From: Octopus bimaculoides
Taxonomy: Eukaryota
Assembly (NCBI RefSeq): GCF_001194135.2
Contig: NC_068990.1
Location: 33,703,342 to 33,767,341 of the forward strand
Length of the DNA: 64,000 bases
Direction: 5' to 3'
The notes beneath the pieces were generated by a model. It made no database searches and was not told the DNA's origin. It saw only the letters and a program-made list of their open reading frames with translations. The position numbers and the translations under genes are program-made. Of the stretch, positions 13,081 to 26,620 are shown piece by piece (within the stretch, counting starts at the first letter, position 1; every line of letters begins with the position of its first letter).

Positions 13081-14028
13081 ACTTCCAACAGACTTTTTTT
13101 TCTCTATTATGATCATATCTAGTCTCCATGTCTTAGTACAAGAAAAATACATAATCACACTACAGGTAATTTCCAGCTTATCACTAGAATATTTTACGTA
13201 CAAGTATCTAATTAAACTGCCAAATACCTCTTTCCCATCCTCTTGTCTCTTATGCATTCCTAAAATGATATCTTGCTATAGTTCATATGCTAAATTATTG
13301 AAAGCTTTCACTACTTTACCACAGACAACATTATATAGCTGGCTCCTGTTAATTCTTATGCTAACAAGCTTTCTTCACTGTCTTATCTTCCAGCTATAGA
13401 AAGTTCCTTCTTTAATCCTTCATCTCTCAGCAAAATCCAATGTACTCTTGTATATCTTCTGATTGCTTGACAAACAATCTAACACATTTTGCTTTCCAGC
13501 TTTCAATCCTCGCTTTTTCTATTTGTCTCTAATCTATTTCCACTTCTACATATTCACTATTTATCTAAACCACCCTAAACACACACACACACTCAGATAC
13601 ATACACACTTTACCTAACATTCATCTCCATTCATATAATTGACAAAGCTATCCCTGTTTCTTACATATTCATAATTGTGTTAATATTTACCATCTAAAAT
13701 TGTGTGAATAAATCTTTGGTGTAGACGAAACAATGAATCTGCAGGATTCCTTTTTGATGGCTTCTGTGTGTGCTAACACATGTATCTGTGTTTGAGAGAA
13801 AGAACGCACAGTAACTATTGATTTGTGCTGCCGTTTGTTGTTATTCTTATTATTTCCTTCTATCTTTGTATTTTCTTCCTAGAGAGAAAGAGAAGTGGGG
13901 GTGTTGTATGAATGCTATTTAAAAGTATTAGCATTCACCCTTTCTGATTTGAATAAAAAACCAGGTATTTAATACCTTACTCACAATCTCAGTTAATGCT
14001 AATGTTCTCATTGCTAGAGGAGGCTATA

Positions 14029-14246
14029 AGGTGGCGAGCTGGCAGAATTGTTAGCACACTGGGCAAAATGCTTAGCTGTATTTTGTCTGCCGCTAAATTC
14101 TGAGTTCAAATTCCATCAGGGTTGACTTTGCCTTTTATCCTTTCAGGCTTGATAAAATAAGTACCAGTTAAGTACTGGGGTTGATGAAATTGACTATTCT
14201 CCTCCCCCAAGTTTCAGGCCTTGTGCTTCTAGTAGAAAGGATTATT
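14029..14246 (+). mobile_element. SINE family B
   Basis: ggtggcgagctggcagaattgttagcac...gagttcaaattcc...tttcatcc...aagtaccagt. Confidence 0.85.
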
Positions 14247-14453
14247 AGAGGAGGCTGTAGCTGTATTCCTGACACAACAAACTACTTTCTCTCCTTCAAA
14301 GGTTACTTGAGATGAAAATGTTTCAGTTCATATGTATGTCTGTAGATGAACAGAAGGACCGTTTTTATGAAGCCCTGTTTCAATAACAGATGATATCTTC
14401 ATTACCACACCTGGCACAGAGATGGTTAACAGAGTGAAACTGGTAGTTTTGAA

Positions 14454-14673
14454 CCCTTTAGCATTCAGGTTTCTTTGTCAAATGTAATACTTATTTATTC
14501 ACATTGTTTTGAATTAATCATGCATGATTTTGTAAATTCAAGATTTCAATGGAGTGTTTGTCTACTTTTATAATGACATTTTAGGGTAGGTGTGAGAGGT
14601 TGGATCACATCAGTTTTAACATAAACCAAGTATAATATTTGGGCTGGATATGGCAAGATTAAATGCTAAAGGG
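14454..14673. mobile_element. piggyBac-type MITE
   Basis: TIRs ccctttagcatt / aatgctaaaggg flanked by degenerate TTAA (tgaa / ctaa); second copy at 19627-19846 and a partial copy near 49515-49632. Confidence 0.65.
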
Positions 14674-15151
14674 CTAAGGGGGAAACCTGCCAAGGGCTTG
14701 CAATAACCACTAAACCTGCGGCCACTGCACAGTTCAAGCTAAATGTAAGATGACATGGTGGTAGAACAATATCATAGACAATCACATAATGGTAAAGAGA
14801 GATGCTTAGAAGAGAGAGAGAGAGAGGGCAACAGAGTAAAATATTAGCCAAAAAAAGGAAGCTATGTAGCAAGGAAAGAGGCAGAAAAGGAGAAGTTTGT
14901 ACATGTTCTGCAGTATGAGATTCTCTGCATTACTAGACAGTGTATTAGAGAAAATGAAGATACACTGGGGAGAAGAAGATATAGAATGATAATGGCCCAC
15001 TTGCTCTTATTGGTGCTCATAGCATGCAAAACCATGTGCAGGTATGAATTATTTCACCTGTCCATGACTCTAAGGTGCTTTAACACTCAGAACTTTGAGA
15101 AAGTATTTTCCACAAGGCCAATAGCAGCCTACCAGCAAATACACAGTGTAT

Positions 15152-15401
15152 TCTTTTATTCTTTTCTTTTACTTGTTTCAGTCATTTGACTGTGGCCATG
15201 CTGGAGCACCGCCTTTAGTCGAGTAAATCAACCCCAGGACTTATTCTTTGTGAGCCTAGTACTTATTCTATCGGTTTCTTTTGTCGAACACACCAGCATT
15301 GGTTGTTAAGTGATGTTGGGGGGACAAACACAGACACACAAACTTATACACACACATGCATATATATAAACTTATGAACATACATATAAACTTATACACA
15401 C

Positions 15402-15450
<49 letters not shown>

Positions 15451-15769
15451 NNNNNNNNNNNNNNNNNNNNNNNNNNNNNNNNNNNNNNNNNNNNNNNNNN
15501 NNNNNNNNNNNNNNNNNNNNNNNNNNNNNNNNNNNNNNNNNNNNNNNNNNNNNNNNNNNNNNNNNNNNNNNNNNNNNNNNNNNNNNNNNNNNNNNNNNNN
15601 NNNNNNNNNNNNNNNNCTTTCAGTTTCTGTCTACCAAATCCACTCACAAGGCTTTGGTCAGCCCGAGGCTATAGTAGAAGACACTTGCCCAAGGTGCCAC
15701 GCAGTGGGACTGAACCCAGAACCATGTGATAGGGAAGCAAGCTACTTACCACACAGCTACTCCTGCGCC
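15152..15769 (-). mobile_element. SINE family A spanning an N gap
   Basis: 3' half 15152-15350, (TA)n and gap, 5' head ending tcctgcgcc at 15769. Confidence 0.85.
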
Positions 15770-15999
15770 TATATATATATTTTTTTTCAAATGAATCACG
15801 TCATAACCTTATCCATCTATTGTTTTCATACTCTGTCCTAATGTCTTACGTTTAAGATGATTCCCATGCTTTCCCCGATGAGAAGGTTACAATTTTAATA
15901 TCACAGAACCCTATGGATCACATAGGTTGTAATCCTTTGAAACATATGTAGGAATAAATATGCAATTATAACATGCGTCTTCTCCATTCCTTAAATTTT

Positions 16000-16043
<44 letters not shown>

Positions 16044-16049
16044 TATATA

Positions 16050-16209
16050 CGACGTGCTTCTTTCAGTTTCCGTCTACCAAATCCACTCACAAGACTTTGG
16101 TCAGCCTGAGTCTATAGTAGAAAACACTTGCCCAGGGTGCCACGCAGTGGGACTGAACCTGGAACCATGTGGTTTGTAAGCAAGCTACTTACCACACAGC
16201 CACTCGTGC
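16050..16209 (-). mobile_element. SINE family A, 5' half
   Basis: cttctttcagtttccgtctaccaaatcc...accacacagccactc. Confidence 0.8.
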
Positions 16210-16629
16210 ATTAAGCATACGTGGTTGACAATATTTATTACACTGGTGCTGCTTCTATTTCATATTTGAATTTATTCTTATGTATGCATTGTCTGGCCAT
16301 ACCTGAACATGGTTCTTTCTGTCTGTCACAAGCATAGAAGTGGACAGGCGAAATGATTCTCCTCTGATCTTGGTCAAGTATGTGATGTTGACAAGCCACA
16401 AAAATGGCAAAACATCGATGTCCATCACTCCTATATGGGACTGGCGGTGAGTAACCGTGCCTGTCCATGATTCTAAGGTGCCTTAACACCCGATGCTTTG
16501 AGAAAGTATTCTCCACTGTGCCAATAGCAACTTACTGGCATATACACGATGTGTATCTGTTAAGTATATGTGATCGACAGTCTTTTACACTAGTGCTGTT
16601 TCCACTTCATATATGTTGGTATGTATATA

Positions 16630-17325
16630 TTCTTTTATTCGTTTCAGTCATTTGACTGTGGCCAAGCTGGAGCACGACCTTAAAGGATTTTAGTCAAACA
16701 AATCAACCCCAGGACTTATTTTTTAAGCCTAGCACTTATTCATTCTATCGGTCTCTTATGTCAAACTGCCAAGTTACAGGGACACAAACACACCAACACT
16801 GGTTGTTAAGTGGTGATGGGGGACAAATACAGACACACACATATCTACCTCTCTATCTATCTGTCTATCTATCTATCTATATATATATATGTGACAGGCT
16901 TGTTTCAGTTTCTTATTTCTTTATTGCCCACAAGGGGCTAAACACAGAAGGGACAAACAAGGACAGACAAAGGGATTAAGTCGATTACATCGACCCCAGT
17001 GCATAACTGGTACTTATTTAATCGACCCCGAAAGGATGAAAGGCAAAGTTGACTTGGCAGAATTTGAACTCGGAACGTAGCAGCAGACGAAATACTGCTA
17101 AGCATTTCGGCCAGAGCGCTAACGTTTCTGCCAGCTCGCCGCCTTTCAGGCTTCTTTCAGTTTCTGCCAACCAAATCCACCCACAAGGTTTTAATCAGCC
17201 CAAGGCTGTAGCAGAATACACTCGCTTTAGATGCCATGCAGTTAGACTGAACCCAGAAACAATGTGGCTGGGAAGGAAATTTCTTACCACACAGCCACAC
17301 CTGCAACTTTGAAATTTGAAATATT
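16630..17325 (-). mobile_element. SINE family A interrupted by a family B copy (16913-17147)
   Basis: A 3' half 16630-16850, A 5' half 17148-17325; 17-bp duplication aggctt(g/c)tttcagtttc at 16896-16912 and 17148-17164. Confidence 0.85.
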
Positions 17326-17775
17326 TGTCACAGTTTATTTTCTCTATCCTTATTCTACTTAATCATTTTGATGTATAAGAAACAAGTCAATACCCACATA
17401 TGGAGATGGTTTCTCAGTGTCATGCATCTTCAACGAACAAATATTGTTAGTGTGAACTCATTAAAAAAACGTTTGCAAGAAAATCAGTTTTGCTGTGGAT
17501 CCTCAACAATGGTATTAGGTAATTCCAATATATTTTGGGGTTTTGTATGACAGCAGCGAATATAATAAAACTGATATATTTCTAAAAGAATAGGAATCAG
17601 AAAAACTAGTAAAGACTGAAGTAAATCATAAATACTATTTTATTAAAAGAAAACCTGATCAAAAGATTTAGATATATCCCTAAAAGTGTATATATATATA
17701 TATATATGGTCACATATGCACACTAACATGCACACATATGTATACACGTATATATATATACATATGTATTCACAC

Positions 17776-17782
<7 letters not shown>

Positions 17783-17857
<75 letters not shown>
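17783..17857. repeat. (TA)n microsatellite within a CA/TA low-complexity tract (17680-18110)
   Basis: Direct inspection; source of several spurious ORFs. Confidence 0.95.
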
Positions 17858-17867
<10 letters not shown>

Positions 17868-19626
17868 GTACACACACATGTACACACACACACGTGCACG
17901 CATATACAAATACATATGTACATATATATCTGTTTGTGTGTCTATGTATATGTGTGTACGTATATATATATATAATTATAGACTCACACATACGCAAGGT
18001 ACATTTACAGATACACAAAAACAGATACAGGTACATATCGATACTAATGTTCCGGCGCACATGCACACTTATCTATGCACACATGCACACATGCACTCAC
18101 ACACTCACACACTCCTGCAGACCTATCCACAAATATTCTGAAAAATGAGAATAATTAGGATCTTAAAAATAAACAGTATCAGCAGGTGTCATAGAATTTA
18201 GGGTGTATCAAAGAGTTAAGCTGTAATTATCCAGTTTTTATGCTGGTTCAGGACAATGGAGATATTTCTGCAACAGCATTCTTATTTTAGCCTCAATACA
18301 ACATCTAAAAGTAGATGTAGTGAAAGACTGCTTTTATAGGTTAGCGCAATTAACTAAAAGGAATCTTAAAGCCAGTCATTGACGAAGCAATCATTTCCTG
18401 CAAACACAACTTCCCTTTGATGCCAACACACAAAGGACTGAATCTGTGGAAATATTTCCAAAGACAGACAAGTCAAGCGTTTTCACATGCACACATTGCC
18501 TCCCTTTCTTTCTCACCATAATCAATACTCCCTCACACTACCAGATCTACCTACACAGCTCTTATACCAAACAAGCTGAGCAGATTATTCTGTTAAATGC
18601 AAACAGAAACACACTTTTGCTTTTATGAATAACTGGATTGTGAATGATTTATGTAACAACATCAAAAGATTAATATGAGCAACATGTATGCGTGTGTGTG
18701 TACATACATACACATATATATATATACATATAGATAGATAAGTAGATAGATAGAGAGAGAGAGAGAGAGGGGGGGAGAAGACAAGAGGGTTTGAGAGAAA
18801 AGTAGATGGATAAAAAGGTGTCTTATGTAGGAAAATTGAAATTTAGTTTCACTTTCTGAATAGTCTTTTTTCAAATGCTTTCAAAAGAAAGGAACTTGAA
18901 ATGCTGTTGTGGCTTTTCCATTCCAGAGAAACAAAATGAAACTTGGAGTGTTATAGTGATTCTATGGTTCCACAAAAACAATATTTCAAATGAAACATAC
19001 CAAGTAATGGCCCTCAATTATAAACTAAACACACACTTAGAATTTAAATGCTTTCATGTCCACTTCTTTTATGAAATACATAGCCTACATGTTTTGTTTA
19101 ATTTTGGAAATATATTTGGATTACTATTTCATTATCAACTGAGTATTTGTCACTTAACTTGAATAAGTTCTTACGTGGAATTAAGATCTCAAAGGTTTTA
19201 GCTAAAATATACTTTAAAAGGTGGGGATGGTCTCAACTGGATTGGTACCAAAAGGATCAAATATATGGAAGTTTGTTTATGGGAAAGTTAAGGAAAATAA
19301 TATAGAAACCAAACGTAGATATATATGAAAAAGATGCAGTGCAACAGAATAATAACTGACCAAATGGTAGGGTGACAAAAATAGCACCGAGCTAAACAGT
19401 CTATGTTTAGATATTAAGGAAAGAAAAATATATAGCATTAGAAATTAAAGAACACAAGAACAGCCTAAGACAGAAAAAAAAAACTGATTCAATGTTTAGG
19501 ATTGTAGTGCTGACAGGTCCAACATATAAGCTGACCAATGTGTCCATGTGAGTTAAACCTTATTGACCAGCTGATATTCTACTTTAATTGTAGCTTTAAT
19601 ATTCTAAGATCCAACATCAACACGTA

Positions 19627-19846
19627 CCCCTTAGCATTCAGATTACTCTGTCAAATATGATGCTTATTTATTCACACAGTTTTGTATTAATTGCGTATTA
19701 TCTCATAGCTTTGAGATTTTGAGGATATAATTGTTTATTTTTAGAATGACATCGTAGGATCAGTGTGAAAGGCTGGATTTAAACAGTTTGAACATAAAAC
19801 AGATAGAATGTTTGGGCTTGATATGGCTGATTTAAATGTTAAAGTG
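19627..19846. mobile_element. piggyBac-type MITE, second copy
   Basis: ccccttagcattcag...aaatgttaaagtg|ttaa; body homologous to 14454-14673. Confidence 0.6.
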
Positions 19847-21152
19847 TTAAGGCCTGTATAAAACTGATTGGAACAAATTTAGCAGTTATATTGAGCAAAT
19901 CAACTAACAATATCGATCAAGTCATTTGCCTATTATGGAAGATTTCCATCAGATTGTTAACTGAAAGTTTAAATCCACACGAGTCAATATGAATTTACCA
20001 TTAACACAGCAAAATTGAATTAGCATCCGAAATAAAAGTTCTATGAATCAAAAGTAAAATCCAAGTAAGAATATTGTGTTAGAAGATTGTTAGGAAAATA
20101 AAAGTAAAATCTTCAAAAAAAAAAAAAAAAANNNNNNNNNNGGGGGGGGGTGGAGATTTAAGCATAAGAAAGGTAGAAGTTAAACAAATGTAAAATGACA
20201 TCAAATTTAAATATCGTGACATCATAGTTAAATTATTATATTGAGATCATAGAGAAACACAGAGACACCATAGTTAAATATCATAAAGATAACATAGTTA
20301 AATATCATAGTGACATCATAGTCAAATGTAATGACATTATAAATGTTCTATCAAATACAGTAATGTCATAAATAGATCGGAAACCAAAGGTATACTAACT
20401 GATTTATAAAACTTCTGAAGAACACGTTATGTTAGTAATAAAAGTTAGGCCATCTGTAGTAGTGGATATTTCTGGAAGTTTAACCAGATAATTACCTATC
20501 ACAGTTAAATATTCACTAAATTAATTACGCCACATTTAAACTATTTATCTGCTACATCAATTTTCCCTTTACCTAATATATCTGGTGAACACACATGATG
20601 ACATGAAACTGGAAAATCATTTAATTTAGTAAAACATTAAAACCAAACTGATAAATTAAACCAGTCTAATGATTGCACAATCATCAAGAACACCATCACT
20701 ACCATCACCACCACCATCAACTGCTACTACCACTGCCGCCATCACCTTCACCATTGCATTTCTGTCAAGATTGGTTCATCTGGGTCCACCAAAATGAAAC
20801 TATTTTAAATGAAACAGGTTAATATTGTTATGAGGTTTTCTCTTCCAGAGTATGTATAATTAATTGAGAGAAATGATTTAATCTTTTCTGCAATAGTTAA
20901 ATCCTGGCATACATATTAACTCACACATCGTTTAGCCACAGAGATTAAACATTACTAACTTCTGATGGAATCTTTAAACTTTATGTCTGACATGAAGTGA
21001 AAAAAGAAATATGGTAAAGGAGAAAGAAGAAATGTGATTCCATGTTTGCACAGTGAGATAACAGCAAGAATTCAGGATTAATTATAAGAGAAGGGGGAGA
21101 CATATAAATCTCAAAAAGCAGTAACAACAACAACAACAACAATTCCCTTTTT

Positions 21153-21746
21153 CTCTCTTTTACTTGTTTCAGTCATTTGATTGTGGCCATGCTGAAGCAC
21201 TGCCTTTAGTTGAGCAAATCGACCCCAGGACTTATTCTTTGTAAGCCTAGCACTTATTCTATCAGGCTCTTTTGCCGAACTGCTAAGTTACGGGGGCGTA
21301 AACACAACAGCATCGGTTGTAAGCGATGTTGGGGGGACAAACACAGACACACAAACATATACACACACACAAACATATACACACACACATTCATATATAT
21401 ATANNNNNNNNNNNNNNNNNNNNNNNNNNNNNNNNNNNNNNNNNNNNNNNNNNNNNNNNNNNNNNNNNNNNNNNNNNNNNNNNNNNNNNNNNNNNNNNNN
21501 NNNNNNNNNNNNNNNNNNNNNNNNNNNNNNNNNNNNNNNNNNNNNNNNNNNNNNNNNNNNNNNNNNNNNNNNNNNNNNCATATATACAACGAGCTTCTTT
21601 CAGTTTCCGTCTATCAAATCCACTCACAAGGCTTTGGTCGGCCTGAGGCTATAGTAGAAGACACTTGCCCAAGGTGCCATGCAGTGGGACTGAACCCAGA
21701 ACCATGTGGTTTGTAAGCAAGCTACTTACCACACAGCCACTCCTAC
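21153..21746 (-). mobile_element. SINE family A spanning an N gap
   Basis: Both halves present around (TA)n and gap. Confidence 0.85.
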
Positions 21747-21778
21747 ATCTATTATTAATTCTACTTTTTTTTTTTTTG

Positions 21779-21985
21779 GTGGTGAGCTGGCAGAATTGTT
21801 AGTGCGCTGAGCAAAATGCTTATCGGCATTTGTTCTGTCTGTATGTTCTGAGTTCAAGATCCACCAAGGTCGACTTTGCCTTTCATCCTTTCGGGGTCGA
21901 TAAATTAAATACCAGTTGCGTACTGGGATCGATGTAGTCAACTTACTCCCTTTCTCAAATTTCAGGGTTTGTGCCTTCAGTAGAA
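21779..21985 (+). mobile_element. SINE family B
   Basis: ggtggtgagctggcagaattgttagtg...tttcatcctttcggggtcgataaattaaataccagttg. Confidence 0.85.
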
Positions 21986-22439
21986 AGGATTATTAATTCT
22001 AATTTTAACCCAAGGCCAGCAATTTTGAGGGGTATGCTAATCAGTTCTATTGACTCATGTGCTTAAATGGTACTTATTGTATTGACCCTGAAAGGATGAA
22101 AGGTAAAGTAAATCACTGCAGAATTTGAACTCAGAACATTTGGTCCATTGCCTTAATAGTAATAATAACTGTTTCTAATTTAGGCACCGGGCCAGAAGTT
22201 ATGAGAACATGGCACTAGGTGAGACCATTGACTCAAGTTCTTGATTGGTGCTTTATTTTATTGACCTTGGCGAGATTAAAGCGAAGTCAGCCTAGGCAGG
22301 TTTTGAACTCACACCATAACGAACCAGAACAGATACTGCAAAGCACATTTTTCTGACACTTTAATGAATCTGCCAGTTTGTCACATGATGATGACAATGA
22401 TGATGATGATGATGTCAGAAAGATAAACTAAATAATATA

Positions 22440-22830
22440 TGCAGCAATTATAGTCATAAAAGAAACTGGATACTCCCTCAGATCTACTTGAAGAGGGATA
22501 TAAAAAAGAACCAAGCTAAGAACACGCAGAAAAGGTTAGAATGTAGTAGGAAAAAGATCATTCACTCCTTAATGAAATCAATAATGAAAAGCAAGACACA
22601 TGTGAAAAACAAAAGACAACTACAGCTAAAAACAAAAAAATTCAAAAATAAAAAACAGAACCTGGAATATGAGCTCTTTGAACAAAACAAACAGCTTGAT
22701 TCAAATCCAAACTGATTTTGTCAAGAATTAGATACAAGTGAGATGGAATTAAATGCAGCATTAACAGCAAAGGAAGTAGAAGAATTTAGAGAAAGAGTAT
22801 GGGCAGCAAAGGAGTCGACAGAATGTTTTA
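22440..22830 (+). mobile_element. R4/Dong-like LINE ORF remnant (region upstream of RT)
   Basis: AAIIVIKETGYSL...KRLE...LFEQNKQ...CQEL...EVEEFRERVW resembles the pre-RT region of REL-type LINEs. Confidence 0.45.
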
Positions 22831-22842
22831 AGCAAGGTGTAG

Positions 22843-22971
22843 GCATGGCTGTGTGGTAAGAAATTTGCTTCCAAACCACATGGTTCAAGGTTCAGTCCTA
22901 CTGTGTGGCCAAAGCCCCAAGATATCCCAAACCTTGTGAATGGATTTGGTAGATGGAAACTGAAAGAAGTC

Positions 22972-22975
<4 letters not shown>
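22843..22975 (+). mobile_element. SINE family A, 5' half followed by (TG)n
   Basis: ggcatggctgtgtggtaag...ggttcagtcc...ggaaactgaaagaag. Confidence 0.75.
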
Positions 22976-23011
<36 letters not shown>

Positions 23012-23271
23012 GATGTTTGGTTTAACGGTTAGGGTGTTTCAATCATGATTGAAAGATCATGGGTTCAGCTCCCAGACTGTGCAGCACATTGTGTTCTTGA
23101 ACAAAACACATAATTTTACATTGCTCCAGTTCCTCTTTCAAAAAGGTGAGGAATGTTGAACTGCATGCCTAGTCAGCAGGGTGGAGTCATTCAAAGACTA
23201 AAACGATGCAAAGTGCATCGTGACCAGCGATGTATAACAGCTTCTGATAGTTTGGTCAATCACATGGTCAT

Positions 23272-23337
<66 letters not shown>

Positions 23338-23357
23338 TATTTATATATGGGTGTGTA

Positions 23358-23520
23358 TTCTTTTATTCTTTTACTTGTTTCAATCATTTGACTGTGGGCA
23401 TGCTGGAGCAACAACCTTTAGTCGAACAAATCGCCCCCAGGGCTTATTTTTTGTAAGCCTAGTACTTATTATATTGGTCCCTTTTGCTGAACTGCTAATT
23501 TACAGGGACATAAACACAGG
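23358..23520 (-). mobile_element. SINE family A, 3' half
   Basis: ttcttttacttgtttcaatcatttgactg...aagcctagtacttatt. Confidence 0.8.
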
Positions 23521-24394
23521 GATGTAAACTCTGCTTGCAAAGACTTGTTGAGGCAAGTGAAATCGAAATCAAATTCAATGACTGGCATCTGTGCTAGTGG
23601 AGCGCTAAGAGCACTATCCGAGTGTGATTGTTGCCAGAGCAGCTGACTGGCTTCCATGCCGGTGGCACGTAAAAGGCACCATTTGAGAGTGATCATTACC
23701 AGTGTTGCTTTACTGGCACTTGTGTCTTTTTCTTTTTCTCTGTCACATGACTTTGTAAATAAACAATCCAGTGTGTTTATTTTAATGGCCTATCAATGTA
23801 TACAGTATGTTTCTCTGCCCTAGATGTCAAGAAGACACTCGACCAGAAATGGAAACAGAATTGAAATAAAACGCTAATGAAAATAATGACAATGTCTTTT
23901 ATTTGCCACAGGGGAATCAGATGAAGGAGATATTATAAAGAGAAGGCATATGTGTTTGGCGGGTGGGGCTACATAAACTCAGATACACAAAAATGAAAAG
24001 AAGATGAAATGAAATAAAAAAATATACATTATGTACAAGCATATCGATGATACATTCCTGATACAGGAGGACTTTCATGATGAGCAGAAAGGAACTCCAC
24101 AGATCCCAATTCATCCTGACCCCCAAAGTCAGGTGCTACCTCCAAATGTTACCCTCTGACCTGAATACTTAGAGTAGTTCTAGACGTTATTTTCAACAGT
24201 TACTTACCTTTAGATAAATTTACAAGAAAGCAGTTTCCTCTTGAAAGTCAATTTTCTCTCGGAGAGGAACTTGTAAAAAATAAATAACTGTTTCTATCAT
24301 GGATTCAAGGCCTGAAATTTGGGACCAAGAATAATCAATTATTTTGCCCCTGATGCTGAGCAAAAGATAAAGGCCCACTTCAGTCATGAATGAC

Positions 24395-24680
24395 CATGAG
24401 ATTGCATCTAGAAGGTTACCCTCCAAGGCACAAGTGTGGGCAAAGTTGTTTATGGAAGACCAGCAGTCACCTATGCATACCAGCCTCTCCTCTCCATACC
24501 ACTGATGTTATCCAAGGGAAAGCCAAAGGCTGTTACAGCTTGGCACCAGTGATATCGCATCTCATTTCTACAGCTGAGTGAACTGTAGCAACATGAAATA
24601 AAGTGTCTTGCTCAAGAACACAATACACAACCTAGTCTGGGAATCGCTACTTCATGATTGTGAACCCAATGCTCTAAGTA
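24395..24680 (-). mobile_element. SINE family D
   Basis: Homologous to 1-210 (gggaaagccaaaggctgttacagcttggcaccagtgatatc...gtgtcttgctcaagaacac). Confidence 0.75.
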
Positions 24681-24989
24681 CTTCATTTTATTGACTTCAA
24701 AGAGACAAAAGGCAAAGTGACCTAAACAGGATTTGAATTCAGAATCTAAAGAACCACAAGAAATGCAAAGCATTTTGTCTGACACGAGACACCCTGGCTT
24801 AATGGGATGCAAGAATTGCACCAGTTCCAGCATTTGGTCCTCAGAAAAGGAGAGGTTGGTAAAAAAAACAAAAAAACATGCCAAGCTCACTATCTTCATT
24901 TTTGGTCATGAACGTTGGGTAATGACTGAAAGAGTACAATCACAAATACAAGTGATCCAAATGGGATTCCTCTGAAGGATGTCTGGGAT

Positions 24990-25320
24990 AATGTTACTTG
25001 ACAGGGTGTATAGCTTGGAGATCAGGACATCTCTCCAAGTTCAGCTGGCTACTTCTCTATATTGAGAGGTCCCAGCTTTGATACTATAGTCATGTGATTA
25101 GAATGTTACAAGAAAGAATTGCAAAATGGGTTCTTCAGTCTGAGCCAACTGGCAGGCGACCTAAGGGTAGACCAAAAATAAGATTGTTGAATAATATTCA
25201 TAGTCTCAGCTGGTCACGCTTGGGAATCTAGCTGGAAAATCTAATGATTGTTGCTTCTGATAAGATCCTTTTGGAAGAGAAGCCAGAGGGCTCTATCCTC
25301 ACAACCCTACAGAGAATAGT
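24990..25320 (+). mobile_element. RTE LINE 3' ORF fragment
   Basis: LLLYIERSQL*YYSHVIRMLQERIAKWVLQSEPTGRRPKGRPKIRLLNNIHSLSWSRLGI, a typical RTE C-terminus. Confidence 0.85.
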
Positions 25321-25619
25321 GGGCAGAGATGGTGGATGGATGGAGAAGGATGGACAGATGGATAGATGGAGACAAAACAAAGATGAAATGCAAAAGAAAA
25401 CATCATATAAGAAACTGTAAGATATTTACATAGAATAAAAGAGATAAACAACAACAAAGACAAACTAATAGATAGGTAACAATATACAACAACATAACAA
25501 AAAAAGATCTTGCAAATGGTGAGATTAACCATACATGGTGATTCATACAATCTTTCACACAACCTTGGTTTTTCCATGAAACATTAAAAGAAATATCTTC
25601 TCCCTTTTCTTGCCACCAG

Positions 25620-26620
25620 CCTAAAGCCACAAATGTAGGACTTTATTAACACCAATTTGTCATGCTCATCTACTTTCCATCAAATTTACTGAAGGGCAGC
25701 ACCTCCCTCTCTGCCCTCACCATTTTCCTTTAAGAGGTATTTGGAGATATTGTCGAGGACTTGGTCTGTTCTCAGTCTTTTCTACAGTTTGCATCACACC
25801 AATTCTTTCATTATAGCCTCAAGGCAGAGACAAACTACTTGCACATCTTGGCTGAAAGAAGGTGGCAGGTTGATAGTTAATATTTGCAATAGAGTTGGTA
25901 GACAGTTTTCCTGCAAATGATAAAAGTCATTAACATTAAAACCAAAGCGATGCCCATTCATTGAATGAATATCTGCTAAACAGCATCACCACCTTTCTTG
26001 CATCTTGGTGAGGTTTGATCACTGGTAACTCCATCATACCCCTGACACAAGAGTTTATCCTGAAGAAGCAAAGCTCTCTTTTCTTGTTATTTTCTTGGTC
26101 TATATATTAATAGCCAAGTACTGTAGATTATTCATAAGCCCTGGATTTCTGAAGGTCCTCCAGAAGAAATGATTCAAACTGTTTTTGTCAATGTCTAAAA
26201 TATCTCTGAGGCCATTCTCACTTCTGTCTTCCATAACCCACAAAACAATATGAGGGTTGACTTTGTCTCCAATCACAGGATTCAGCTGGTATAATGCAGA
26301 GAGTGCATAGACAACATTCTAGATGCCAAATACTCAGGCTCTAAATCAGTCAGAGATGAGTTGTAGAAAAGAATGTTACACAAAGTGACCATCATTGATG
26401 TTTGCACATCATCAATCCCATCATCCTGAGTCCCACTGTAAAGGGAGCTGGCAGCAAACAGATCTCCTGACAAGTAGAACCTTTCCCTTCCACAATATTT
26501 ATAAAACATGTACGCTCCAATCTGATCAGATATTTCCTGGATCAAGGCAAGATGGTGAAATTCCAGTACAGCACTAAAGCAATAAACACATCAGCCATTT
26601 CAGCAAAACATTTCACATAA
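25620..26620 (-). mobile_element. Tx1/L1-clade LINE ORF2 C-terminal remnant
   Basis: Minus frame EMADVFIALVLYWNFTILP*SRKYLIRLERTCF...EICLLPAPFTVGLRMMGL resembles the post-RT ...LER.LF.F.W...C..P...GGLGM segment; many stops. Confidence 0.6.

Noticed and set aside
17643-18148. Long ORFs rich in YI, HT, CV or RE (here and at 5600, 37441, 53153, 59183, 62642, 63377)
   Set aside because: Translations of dinucleotide microsatellites.
23900-24150. Frame containing YKHIDDTFLI, reminiscent of an RT YxDD motif
   Set aside because: Stops in frame and no other RT motifs recognised; left unclassified.
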